64,000 bases of DNA from Schmidtea polychroa (Eukaryota), in assembly GCA_044892525.1 (NCBI GenBank), contig CM097886.1:33542001-33606000 (forward strand). The letters are read 5' to 3'. Positions within the stretch are counted from its first letter, which is position 1, and every line of letters starts with the position of its first letter. Below the pieces are notes generated by a model. That model ran no database searches, was not told the origin of the DNA, and saw nothing but the letters and a program-made list of their open reading frames with translations. Positions 1 through 10,759 of the stretch are shown in pieces. A program made the translations under genes and the position numbers.

Positions 1-89
1 AAAAGGACTATATTATAGTCGAAAACTTTTTCATTTGTAATAAATATATAATTCGCAGCAAAAGGGTTAAATTATCATTTAATTATAAG

Positions 90-445
90 ATAACGCCAAT
101 CAAACATTCTTTTCACGATATATTTCGATAGTTTTCCTGTCATCATCAGGTGGGATATAATAACTATATAAATTACGAATTTTAAACAAATTTATTAATT
201 ATATTAAACAAATATTTTTTATTTAATAAAAACATTTAATTATTTTTAAAAATTATAATTAAATTAATATATTATTTTTAAAATTTTAGCATTCAGAATT
301 TAATTAATTAATTTAAAAATTTTTATTAATTATTTAATTTAACACAACAATCAATACATACAATATACAAATAAAATTATTTAAAAACACTTAAAATACA
401 AGTACTCACTGTATTCTGCACATTAATTACGGATTAAATTAATTA
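90..445 (-). mobile_element. Inverted pseudo-LTR of a Penelope-like element (end of ORF, AT-rich tail, hammerhead motif)
   Basis: Minus-strand hammerhead-like motif at 114-152 plus an AT-rich tail, joined head-to-head to a 5'-truncated plus-strand PLE RT. An inverted 5' pLTR is the typical Penelope architecture. Boundaries approximate. Confidence 0.5.
114..152 (-). ncRNA. Minimal type I hammerhead ribozyme motif (PLE-type, stem II mismatch)
   Basis: Reverse complement reads CAC-CTGATGA-T-GACAG-gaaaa-CTATC-GAAA-TATAT-C-GTG: intact core, palindromic stem III (ATATAT), AUC triplet, 3-bp stem I CAC/GTG. Confidence 0.6.
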
Positions 446-454
446 AAAATAAAC

Positions 455-1205
455 AAATTGATGAACAGTTGTTTAAATCTATTCGCTCAATGGGGTCACA
501 ACCAGCAAAAATGTATGGGCTTCCAAAAATCCATAAAGATAGCGTGCCTATGAGACCTGTTTTATCCATGATTGGCACTGCCCAGTATAAAATAGCCAAA
601 ATTTTGGATGAATTATTGAAACCATTAATACGATCAGAATTTGAATGTAAAGATAGTTTTGAATTTGTTTCTTGCATTGCACAATATGATAGACAAAGTG
701 TGGATGAAATTATGGTTTCGTTTGATGTTTGTAGTCTGTTTACCATTGGTTGAAACAATTAAATTATGTTTCTTGTTATGGAATAAAAACATTTCTGAAC
801 ATCAAATTTTGGATGGAAGAACATTTAGTGAACTTCTTGTATTTGCTACTTCAAAAATCAATTTTCTTTTCAATAATGAATGGTATCAACAAATAGATGG
901 ATTTGCTATGGGTTCTCCTTTAGCAGCAACGACGGCTTCAATTTTTTTAAGAAGCTTAGAAAAGAAAGTTGCATCTTTCCAATGTATGAAACCTACTGTT
1001 TATAAATGGTATGTGGATGATATTTTTCTTATATTTGAAAATCAGATGCAGTTTGATCCGTTTTTGCATTATATGAATAGTCTACATAAAAACATTGTAT
1101 TCACATGTGAAACGGAGAAAAAATCATCACTTGCTTTCTTGGATCTGTTAATACAACACAAAGAGAAACACTATGAGACAGAGATTTATAGAAAACCAAC
1201 TGATC
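455..1205 (+). mobile_element. Penelope-like element reverse transcriptase fragment, frameshifted near 750 and 3'-truncated
   Basis: ORFs 469-753 and 641-1282 give QPAKMYGLPKIHK..PMRPVLS, SFDVCSLFT, QIDGFAMGSPLA, WYVDDIF, FTCETEK..LAFLDLLI, YRKPT, which are diagnostic PLE RT motifs. Confidence 0.92.
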
Positions 1206-1500
1206 GAAAAACTGTCGAAATCTCTTTTAGGAAGAAAAGTACACACGAACGGTACTTTAAGATACAACAGACGAGTACCTAGACAGGTTATTGATAATTT
1301 ACCGCCGAAAAATAGCTGTAATGTTGTATACTTGGGAAATGGGATTTTCTATTACAATTTTAACGATAAGAAACATGTTAAATTTGTGTTTTGTTCGTGT
1401 TTTTATTTATATTGTGTTTATTTTCTGAACTTATAATCATGTTTTTAAAGCAAAGAAAAGTAAACGAAGAGTGCCCGGTGGTACAGAAAAACAGGATACG

Positions 1501-1501
<1 letters not shown>

Positions 1502-1563
<62 letters not shown>
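1502..1563. repeat. (TA)n(TG)n compound microsatellite
   Basis: Seen directly. Confidence 0.97.
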
Positions 1564-1564
<1 letters not shown>

Positions 1565-1574
1565 ATCAGAAAAA

Positions 1575-1648
1575 TATATTATGCGGCCCACATGATGTGC
1601 AATAATAGTAAATATGGCCCTCTTTATAAACCGAGTTTGAAACCCCTG
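1575..1648. mobile_element. Right end of a Charlie-type hAT element
   Basis: atgcggcccac...tggccctc...agtttgaaacccctg resembles the right end of the intact Charlie element (agtttgcccacccctg at 45671-45686). No left end found. Confidence 0.6.
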
Positions 1649-1949
1649 CTCTACAACATATAAAACATTAATATTTCATAAGATTTTTCGAATTACTAAA
1701 ATATTTTAAATATTTCTGGAGAATTTCTTGCTCTTTTAAATGATATTCCATAATTCCAATGACTTTCCATAATTATAATGATTTTTCAAGTTTGAATTGA
1801 AAATTGAATAATTTTAAATAATTTTTTGAACATGTGCAATACAAGTGAATGATTATCAAAGATATTGCATATGATTGAATGAATAAAATGAATAATGAAA
1901 TCATTAAAGATATGTTTTGGACTATTAAAAAAATCTTTTTTGACTGGTG

Positions 1950-2075
1950 AAAAAATGTCTTCGATATGTCTCCAGTGACTTAATGTCTTTGTTCTATCTC
2001 AACGATGACCCGTTGCATTCAATTATGTTTCATACCAAAATATCCGCCAATTCATGACACATCTAATCTTTTAAA
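1950..2075 (-). pseudogene. Possible decayed integrase-type zinc-finger (KRBA2/Ginger-like) remnant
   Basis: Broken translation ELADIL/YET*LNATGHR*DRT resembles ELFDILHETHLAIGHGGRDR. Multiple stops and frameshifts. Confidence 0.3.
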
Positions 2076-2639
2076 CATATTAACTTATAATCATACTGGA
2101 CAATTAAACAGACAAATAATAAGTACAAATGGACGATTAATTTACAAAAATATTTCTATATTCATCATTTTGAATTTTAATTTGTGGTCATTTTACTTGT
2201 TAGTACAAACTGGAAAGATTTTGTTCGTATTTTAACATTAGTCAAGTTTTGTCTTTCTTCGTTATCTAACGAATAATCTTTGTATGATCATGAAATTTTC
2301 AAGAAAGGCTCAATGAAACTATCAACATATCACCAAATCGTCTTCATTGTAAAAAATCTCGACTATTATATTTACATTTTGCAAATGAAATTATTTAATT
2401 TTTATATCCATTATGTTTAAATTGTAATTCACAACTAAAAATCCCATCAATCTTTTAAAAGAACTGTCAAATTTAATGCACTAATCCCTATCCAAATATT
2501 ATTTTAAACTAGTGTTTTCGTTTAAAAATATTAATTTGAAATTTATTATAAATTTATTTTGACAAAAACATTTTTAAGAAATTTATTTTAGAAATTCTAA
2601 AAATCAAATAAATATAAAATATTTGTTTTAATTGTTAAA

Positions 2640-3075
2640 TATAAAATCTATAAAGGGATGATTTCTTGGTAGCAGCATTAATTAAATTTTAAACAATTAA
2701 ATGATAATTTAAGCCTTTTACTGCGAATAATATATTTATTACAAATGAAAAAATTTCCCACTATAAGATAGTTCTTTTCAATTTCCTGGAATTTAGTTTC
2801 TTCTATTTTTGAATGCTTTTTTATCTTCTCTTTTATTTTCATTTTCTTACTTCTCATTTGTATAAAATAATTATAAACTTTTTTTCTGAAGAATTTAAAA
2901 GTTTTAAATTTTTATTAAATATCCTCTAAAATTCAAAACAAAGCACTAAAAATATTTTCTAAATTTTCAAAGCTTCTTTAATTATCTCATAGAAACCTCT
3001 TTTAATAAATAATATCTAAAAATATTTATAAAATATAGTTTCTAATACCTATTTATATACGCAATTTAAATAGGA
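2640..3075 (-). mobile_element. ~430-bp dispersed element carrying a hammerhead-like hairpin (copy homologous to 59240-59650)
   Basis: The reverse complement aligns by eye over its whole length with 59240-59650 and over part with 1-90. Motif at 2744-2781 is degenerate. Confidence 0.7.
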
Positions 3076-3103
3076 ATAAAAATCAAAATATAAACATTTT
3101 ATT

Positions 3104-3413
3104 TTAAATATTGTTTAAACTTGCTCTCCTAACTGGTAAATACAAGGGATTTTTTATTTGTATTTGTACAACTTCATCTTGGTCATATGTTTTAATCCAC
3201 ATGGCTTTTAAAAGAGGGATCAGTGAATCACCAACATTTAATAATAATTGAGTTAATGATATCGCTATCGATGAACATTTGTTGATGATTAAATATTTTT
3301 CCTTTACGAATTCCACCGAATTGTTTGTCGTTATATATTTGTTTCTGTAATCTATATGTGTTCAGCAAGTTTTTATCGAATATAACCTCTTTTATGTTTT
3401 CACCAAAATGCAT
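3104..3413 (-). pseudogene. Probable Polinton/Maverick minor capsid (penton) gene remnant, frameshifted
   Basis: Joining ORFs 3228-3413 and 3104-3316 gives HQQMFIDSDII..NVGDSLIPLLKAMWI..VVQIQIKNPLYLPVRRASLNNI. This matches the Polinton penton C-terminal pattern (YxDIIxxxxVGDxxxPLLR...xxPxYxPV). Confidence 0.55.
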
Positions 3414-3982
3414 TTCCTTTCAGTTCAACAGATTTGAAAATACAGGAAAAATTCTTTAAATCAAGTTAGAAGATTTGTCATTCAAAGTTTATAGAAAAGT
3501 AATTGCAAACATTGGTTTCCTTGTCAGTTTATTCAAATTATTCTAGAAAATTGAGTGTGTTTATGAACCTGAAATATTTCCAGCATTAAGGTATACAAAA
3601 TATAATCCCATGCGTGAGTACATATTTTCAAGCGGTAAAGTAGTTATACTGAGAATAAAAAACATCAATTATCATTAATTTGTCGATCAGGTTATTAATG
3701 AAATAAAATCAATAATCGAAGAGGAAGAGTTTTTATATTTTTTATTCTCTTGATTGATTGCAGATCAGATGCAATAAAAGCGTGAAATTATGATTGGCTT
3801 ATTTTTTACCCATGACAATTTTTTGATTGACTGCACACACGCATATAATAGTATAAACGATGATGTATGATGAAACATCATAATTTTAAACATGCATTTT
3901 GTTTTTAAACAAACAAGTCCACTGATAAAAATAACCGGTGAAGATAAATCAATGTTTTTAAAGACAATGAAACCAAACCCTT

Positions 3983-4261
3983 GTTATCCAATCCAATCAA
4001 GTTGAGAACATGACAATATTCAAGTTACTTGAAATTATGACTAATGAAGATACAGCTTTTATCAATAAGATTCTGCATAGAATCAACAAGAAATTAACTT
4101 GTGGTGATAACATAATTATCAACAACCGCCAAACAAGATTCTTTGATGCATTTGAAATCTTTTTTATTAGTATAACTATTCAATGGTATACGATTGATTT
4201 AAATAATGTTATGACTCCAATTTGGAAAGTTAGTAGTGCAAGAATTTTTCTAGGATTTTAG
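3983..4261 (+). pseudogene. Unassigned coding remnant, paralogous to 26150-26580
   Basis: INKKLTCGDNIIINNR...FFISITIQWY..IWKVSS aligns with INKNLSCNENILINNR...LFVNISIQEY..IWKVDS at 26.3-26.5 kb. Confidence 0.55.
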
Positions 4262-5061
4262 ATATTTTATTTAATAAATCTTTGTATACATCTATTTTCT
4301 TATTTATTTGTTTTATAAATGTGTAAATTGTGTATTAATAAGAAATTTTATATTAAAATTAATTTTTTAGCCTAAATTATATTTAAATTATAATTCTTAA
4401 TTAAATTCTTAGTATACATTAAATTATATTCTAAATATAAAGTTAAAATCTAAGTTTAGCTTAAATTAAATTTTAATTCTAAAGTTTTTAATTAAATATC
4501 AATTTATTTATAAAGTAAGTGTTTTGTTTTATTATTTTAAATAATTAAATTTCTATTTTAGGTTCATTTAAAATATGTCAACATTTTATCTAAGTATAAT
4601 TTACTTTGAAATTTATTTATATATTAATGTAAGAAAATCCATCAAAGATAGCGGACAATTCACAGGATAAATTTATGATAAAGTTAAATTCAAATTTGAT
4701 GATATCTAAATTAACTTTTAATGTAAATAAAATAATTTTTATATTTATAAATTTTAATATATATTTTAATTAATTTTAATCAAAGGATGTCAATTGAAGA
4801 AAATTTTAAATGCAGGAAATTTTTTTATAATAATTATTTTAATACTAATTGTTTATGTAGTGAAATTAACTTTATTTTATAAATAAATTTAATGAGTTAA
4901 ACTTTAATTTTAATGAATTTATAATCTTGTAAAATTTATATTTAATGATGTTTAATTTTAAATAAATTTATGGTGACGAACATTCACTAAGAAGAAGTGA
5001 AAGTAACAATTTGATTTTTATATTTTAACATTATGATGGTTGTGGTAATGTCCTTATCCCT

Positions 5062-5243
5062 TTATTTATATAGAGTTTTGTATGCTGGATATCGTGGTGG
5101 ATGTCTGTAATCCTGACCCCTCACATCAGAGTTTTCGTCAACTGTCTTTTGAATAAACTTCCTAAATTCCAAAGTATTATTCTTCAGATTTTTCTCACAG
5201 CGAAGAGACTGTAATATTTTGCAAATGGATCATTACAGACACG

Positions 5244-5246
<3 letters not shown>
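5062..5246 (-). pseudogene. Candidate third (thumb-domain) exon of the DEG/ENaC gene, degenerate
   Basis: Reads LRVCNDPFAK, then after a 1-nt shift at an A-run ILQSLRCEKNLKNNTLEFRKFIQKTVDENSDVRGQDYRHPPRYP. Its position and spacing fit the region after the CxC of exon 2, but expected cysteines are missing. Confidence 0.35.

Positions 5247-5326
<80 letters not shown>
5247..5326. repeat. (TA)n microsatellite
   Basis: Seen directly. Confidence 0.98.
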
Positions 5327-5329
<3 letters not shown>

Positions 5330-5708
5330 CTTTAGGTCTTAGACTGTTTTTCTTAATTAAAAATAATTTTGTTGCACTGTCTTTTGTATTATTGTTTAAA
5401 ATTTTACAAACACTTGATAAGGTATTGCCAAATATTTATGTTAAATATAGAAGAAAGTGATCTGTAGCAAGAATGTAAATGAAGATAAATGAAAATACCG
5501 ACCAAAGGCTAAAAAATAGTTTTATGATTTTACTGATTGATATCTGATTAAATAATAAAATATAATTATCAATTTTTATTATTAGTCAAAACATTTGAAA
5601 AATATAATTTGTTTTTGTTAATGTTACGTAATCATTTTTCAACAACTGAATTTTACTAACTAAATTCGAAAATCATAATTAATTTTTTAATATTCATTAA
5701 AAATTAAC

Positions 5709-5926
5709 CTTTTCATTTGGCATTTCGTGCCGGGGCCACAAGGAGGAGAGGCAATTGCATTCTTCCAGTAATGATTTTTGCAACGCTGCATCTACGCACT
5801 GAGTAAAAGTGTAATTAAAAACGCGATCGAGATCTACTATTTCTTTTTGATCATCTTTGCAAATCTTTACTGGAGTTGATAGAAAAGTCCATTTTATTGG
5901 TTCATATGCAATTTCATTTAATTTTC
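5709..5926 (-). CDS. DEG/ENaC gene coding exon 2 (beta-ball/thumb), with internal frameshift relative to the conserved frame
   Basis: Acceptor tag|GA at 5927/5926 completes the phase-1 Gly left by exon 1, giving QPG-KLNEIAYEPIKWTFLSTPVKICKDD..YTFTQCVDAALQK. The -1 frame then reads IITGRCNCLSSLWPR. Candidate donor aag|gttaat at 5709/5708. Confidence 0.8.
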
Positions 5927-5940
5927 CTATTTACATAAAA

Positions 5941-5947
5941 TTATTAA

Positions 5948-6007
<60 letters not shown>

Positions 6008-6036
6008 CATTATTTATATTATTATTATTATTATTA
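5941..6036. repeat. (TTA)n microsatellite
   Basis: Seen directly. Confidence 0.97.
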
Positions 6037-6371
6037 GACTTTGTGAATCGAGTATTAATTGTATCAATTTCAATTAATTAAAGATTCGAAATTCAAATAT
6101 ATATTCTTATTCACAATATTCAAAAATGAGGACTATTTTACGCCAACAATATATTGAGCAAGAAAACATCATTCTACAATCATTCTATTAATTTAAAGTA
6201 TATATAATTATATTATAATTATACTTACATTTAAATTATTAATATAATATTTACAATTATTATTTACATACCATACTTGTGAAATTCTAAATTAATTAAT
6301 ACACAATATTTAAATTAGTTAATTAATTAAGTTAAGGTTTATTTAACTAATTCCTAACAATTATTATTATT

Positions 6372-6490
6372 TAAAACAATAAAGTGATAATTTAAACCTT
6401 TTGCTGTGAATAATGTATTTAATGAAAAAATTTTACACTATAAGATAGTCCTTGTCAGATGCTGCTACCAAGAATTCATCACTTTATAAT
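6372..6490 (-). mobile_element. Fragment of the GACTAT/ATAGTC hammerhead-like repeat family
   Basis: Reverse complement CTGACAAG-GACTAT-ctt-ATAGTG-TAAA..; flanks match 1-90, 27280-27366 and 59535-59650. Confidence 0.7.
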
Positions 6491-9071
6491 AATAATTATT
6501 ATTATTGTTATTATTATTATTATTAACATTTCCATTAAAATAATATTAAAGACTAATGTGTAAAATATAATTCATTTCGTAAGTTGAATATGAAATTATA
6601 ATAAAAATATTAAAATATCAATACAGTGAATAAAATAATAATAGATAGTTATGTATATTACATAATTCATTTCCTAAATTAATTTGAATATTTTCTGGCT
6701 GTACATCATAAAAAATTCATTATCAAATTTTTAAGAAACCCAATAGTTTAGATTATTATGGTACATTTAGGTTTTGTTTAATAAGAAAAACCAAAATATA
6801 ACTAAATATTTCATGTACAAAAAAGTTAAATTCTGTCTAAATAAATTATGAAAACATAAAAAAAATGTTACAATAATTTTTTTAGATATTTTTGGATAAA
6901 TTTATAAAAATTTAATTTGTGGATTTGCCATGATATAAAAAGGAAGTAATAAAAATAAATTATAAATACTTTTATTTAAATCAATAAAACTCAAACCTTT
7001 GAGTCGATATTTAAATACATTTTTTTTAAATATTTTAAAAAATCTATTAAAATACTACTTTTAATTTAATTTAATAGACAAATCGTGATGTCATTGATTA
7101 AATAAATGAAACTTCCTTTTTAATTCAATACACTTTAGGCTTTTTTTTAGTTTTCGAGTGAACTATTTGCATATTGAAATAGATATCTATGTACATTATT
7201 GATGTGAAGAACTAGATTATAGTTACAAGAACCTAGAGTTTTAAAATATTTGAGTGGCTTATTTTTTCTGCTTGAATGCATATACTTCAAAGGAAGTCGT
7301 GATGGTTTCAGAGCCTCACTTGGAAATGTTTGTTTACAAATAATGCATGTTTGTCACTATGAGTTTCAATAAATCTATATAAAAAGCAGTTTAGCGAACA
7401 CTTATGGCAACATTTCTTCTTTGATAGCATATCATTAATCATTTGAGGACAAACGAATGTATTTATAAAGCATTTCAGTTGGCAAGCAAACACTATTCCT
7501 ATGTGAAGTGTGCTGCTGATACTGATAAAATCAAGACTGTACTCTGTAAGATGAGAAAGTGAATGACAAGGTTAAAGCACTGCAAATTGTCTCAAAGGGT
7601 TTGTTGTGAGTGTGATGCATTAGTTGCGTAATTAGTAAGAAATTTTACAAGTGCTTATTCATGTGAGATATGCTAATTATATACACAGAGTGCCTATTTG
7701 CTGCCCACTTTCATCATAGCACTTAAAAAATATTTTCTGACGCCCATTAATGGGTGATATCATCCAGATTGAAGCTCGCTGAACTAAATGATTGAATTTA
7801 ACAGTTACATTAATGTAGTATCTGAAGCACAGGGTTGAAATTCAATTTCAATTTATCTTTCCCAACAATTTAATCAAAACAATTCAACCTCAAATCCAAG
7901 CAATCCAATCTTTAATCATATTGAAAATATTGGACCACACTGAGATCTGTAAATAATTTATTCTGATCTTTGCAAATAATTTTGATTAGCAACTCATTTC
8001 AATCGTTTTTGATCATGCATAAAAATATTAATGTATAGCAATATTTAGGAATTTTTAATAAATATTTAATATTACAATTTAGCAATTTTAATTAAAATCA
8101 ATAAATAAGACAAATAGACCAGTATATTATTCAGGAATGTGAGGAATTGGTAATTTTTATTTTATGTATAAATATAATTTAATTTATTATGCACAAACAA
8201 ATTAATAATTTGTATAATATAAAAAAAATGAATAATTTTTTTAAAATAATTTATGATCCATAAATTGAAAATACAATAATATTTTATTTTTCAATATAAA
8301 ATTCTATATATAAAATTAAAATTATTTATTTCCTGTAATATAGAAAATAAATACAAAATTAAAATGATTGATTGTAAAATAATATATAAAAATATTACCT
8401 TTTATCTTAGCCCAAATTTAAAGCATTATATTTGCTATCAGCTTAAAGGTAGGCTAAAATACAGCCGATAAGGCAATATAAATTCACAGAGAATTCATGT
8501 ATAACTTTAATACATTCCATACCGATTTTATGCGTATTAAATGTATTAAAAAAGTGGGCAAAATTAAACCACATTTAAACAGTATGAAACGTACGTATAT
8601 AAATTGAAGCATATTTATTGAAGTTAATGATACACATTTGATCATTTGTTTCTCTCTATTAGTTGATGGAAATCATTTATGAATAAATAAATAAAAAGTT
8701 AATGTAAAAATGTATTTCTACTAAGCATGCGGATACTGACTTAAAAATAATTAGTGCTTACCCAATAAATAGTTTGTTTCACTAACGCAGAAAGACATTC
8801 ATTAAAATTATGATATTTCCAGTATTGAGCAAACAATCAACAGACATTATTTCACTTAATAATGTCCTTCGACATCCAAGTCCCACTTTCAGCGAGATGC
8901 GAGTTCCATATTTTTAGAAGAATAATGAGAGTTTAATCTTAAAAAATCCTTTTTTGAATTGAGCTTGAAGACTTTAATCAGTAACATATCGATGTTTTTT
9001 GTTACTCACGAATTTTCGCACTACCTTTTTCAAGTGAATATATATTTTATGAAATGAATTTGGAGTCAATT

Positions 9072-9423
9072 TTTCTAAATTTTGTAGTTGTATTAAGAAT
9101 ATTTTTGACAATCCTGGTTTCTGTAGCCGAGTCTGAACGTACGTTTTTAGCTCAAAACGTATTAAGAATTTCTTGAGATCTACAATGGCACAAGAGCGGC
9201 TAAATGGATTAGCAATGCTGCATATTAATAACGATATTGCAAGAAACCTAAATTTTAGTGAAATAATTGATAAATTTGCAATTCCAAAAGCCCGTAAATC
9301 ATTAATATATTAAAATTTGTTTTTATATTGTGTTGTCGCTAACTATATATATTTTTTAATTATTAAAAAGAGGCCCCAAAAAAAATTTGGCCCCGGGCCC
9401 CGCACTTTCTCTCCTAGGCCCTG
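9072..9423 (+). mobile_element. hAT transposon 3' end: ZMYM1-like dimerisation domain plus right TIR
   Basis: LRIFLTILVSVAESERTF/SKRIKNFLRSTMAQERLNGLAMLHINNDIARNLNFSEIIDKFA (one frameshift), then a GC-rich end ...ctaggccctg. Confidence 0.88.
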
Positions 9424-10718
9424 TATATATATATATATATAGATTATCTTTTATTTCAGATTTGTTGAAAAATACACACATTTCAATATTATTCTTATAA
9501 ATTGTTGATATTTATACAAGCTCTAGAATAATCCAAAAAAAGTTCATCAAAGTTTTGACCATTTTCATTTAAAATTAATATCAGACATTTACATCTCATC
9601 TCTTTTTTCTTTCTCTATTCCATAAAACCTAAGCGATGATGCATTAATGAAAAACAATTTCATAGTCTGGCCAATCAAGAATGAATAACTTAGATGTAAA
9701 ATTTTAAGTCTATTTTTAATTTATTTTTAATTTATTTTTAATTTTTAATTTTAAGTCTAGTTATACCAAAGTGGGAGAAATTTCGAAAACATATAAAAAG
9801 TCATATTCTTTTCAAATTAAAAATATTTTTCAAATAATGTTTACTGCAAGCTTTAAAATTGAACATGAAAACCGAATTCAACAATAAATTTAGAAAAATA
9901 TGTGAAATTAATAATGTCAAAAAATATCAAGAAATTACGATAAAAATTATGTTTTTCTTTCATTTCGGTAAATTTATAAAGAAAATATTAAATAAAAAAT
10001 TTACAATTCACTATAATCTTCACCACTCTACATTTTTTTATTATTAACACTGTTGTAAATACTTGCAATAATTATTTATAAATTGAATTAGTTTAATGCT
10101 GGCTTATTCTTTTTGATATTTGAGAAACGAATGAAATATGAGAGTTGTTTTTAATTTCATGTAATTCCTTTTTATGAATTAATGTTGAATAAATAATTCA
10201 ATTATTCTTGGGAAATTAAATATTTTAGCNNNNNNNNNNNNNNNNNNNNNNNNNNNNNNNNNNNNNNNNNNNNNNNNNNNNNNNNNNNNNNNNNNNNNNN
10301 NNNNNNNNNNNNNNNNNNNNNNNNNNNNNNNNNNNNNNNNNNNNNNNNNNNNNNNNNNNNNNNNNNNNNNTTATTTTTATAATATTTTTAGTCAGTCAAT
10401 AAAATTTTATTTTTTAAAATGTACTTTTATAATTTTTTGATTTTATTTGTATTTAACTTTACAAGCATCGTATCTCAATCGGGTTGTAGAAAATTGCTCG
10501 AAAACGTTTTCTTAAAACAAAATTGCACAAATAACAATTTCTTGAAAAAAATTATTCGAATTAGTTCGAAATAAATTAAAGAAAATTTATTAAATTTGTA
10601 TAAACAAAAATTATTAAATGTACTGGAAAAGTTGTTTCCATTTATTTACAATGAGAAAAATTTATTTAAATAAACACCGTAGACTTTATTAATAAAAATA
10701 GCCATCCGTACATCTTTT

Positions 10719-10759
10719 TAACTATATATTTTGATAGCATCACTATCATCATCAGGTTA
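10719..10759 (-). ncRNA. Degenerate minimal hammerhead motif, same family as 114-152
   Basis: Reverse complement TAAC-CTGATGA-T-GATAG-tgatg-CTATC-AAAA-TATAT-A-GTTA: perfect stem II and 4-bp stem I, but G12 is replaced by A. Confidence 0.5.

Noticed and set aside
423-758. Antisense ORFs over TE coding regions (also 33200-33721, 34079-34282, 35004-35390, 35764-36171, 44894-45385)
   Set aside because: Shadow ORFs opposite real RT, IN or transposase frames, with no motifs.
1391-1663. ORFs with poly-IY, poly-L, poly-Y or poly-I runs (also 5857-6081, 46127-46412)
   Set aside because: Translations of (TA)n or (ATT)n microsatellites.
3900-4250. Minus-strand frame open except for three TAA codons (possible TAA=Gln code or hAT CxxH region)
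   Set aside because: The plus-strand frame has a paralogue at 26 kb, and other ORFs end normally at TAA, so there is no evidence for an alternative genetic code.
7290-7650. GC-elevated region with faint LINE-RT-like translation
   Set aside because: Too decayed; no diagnostic motif recovered.
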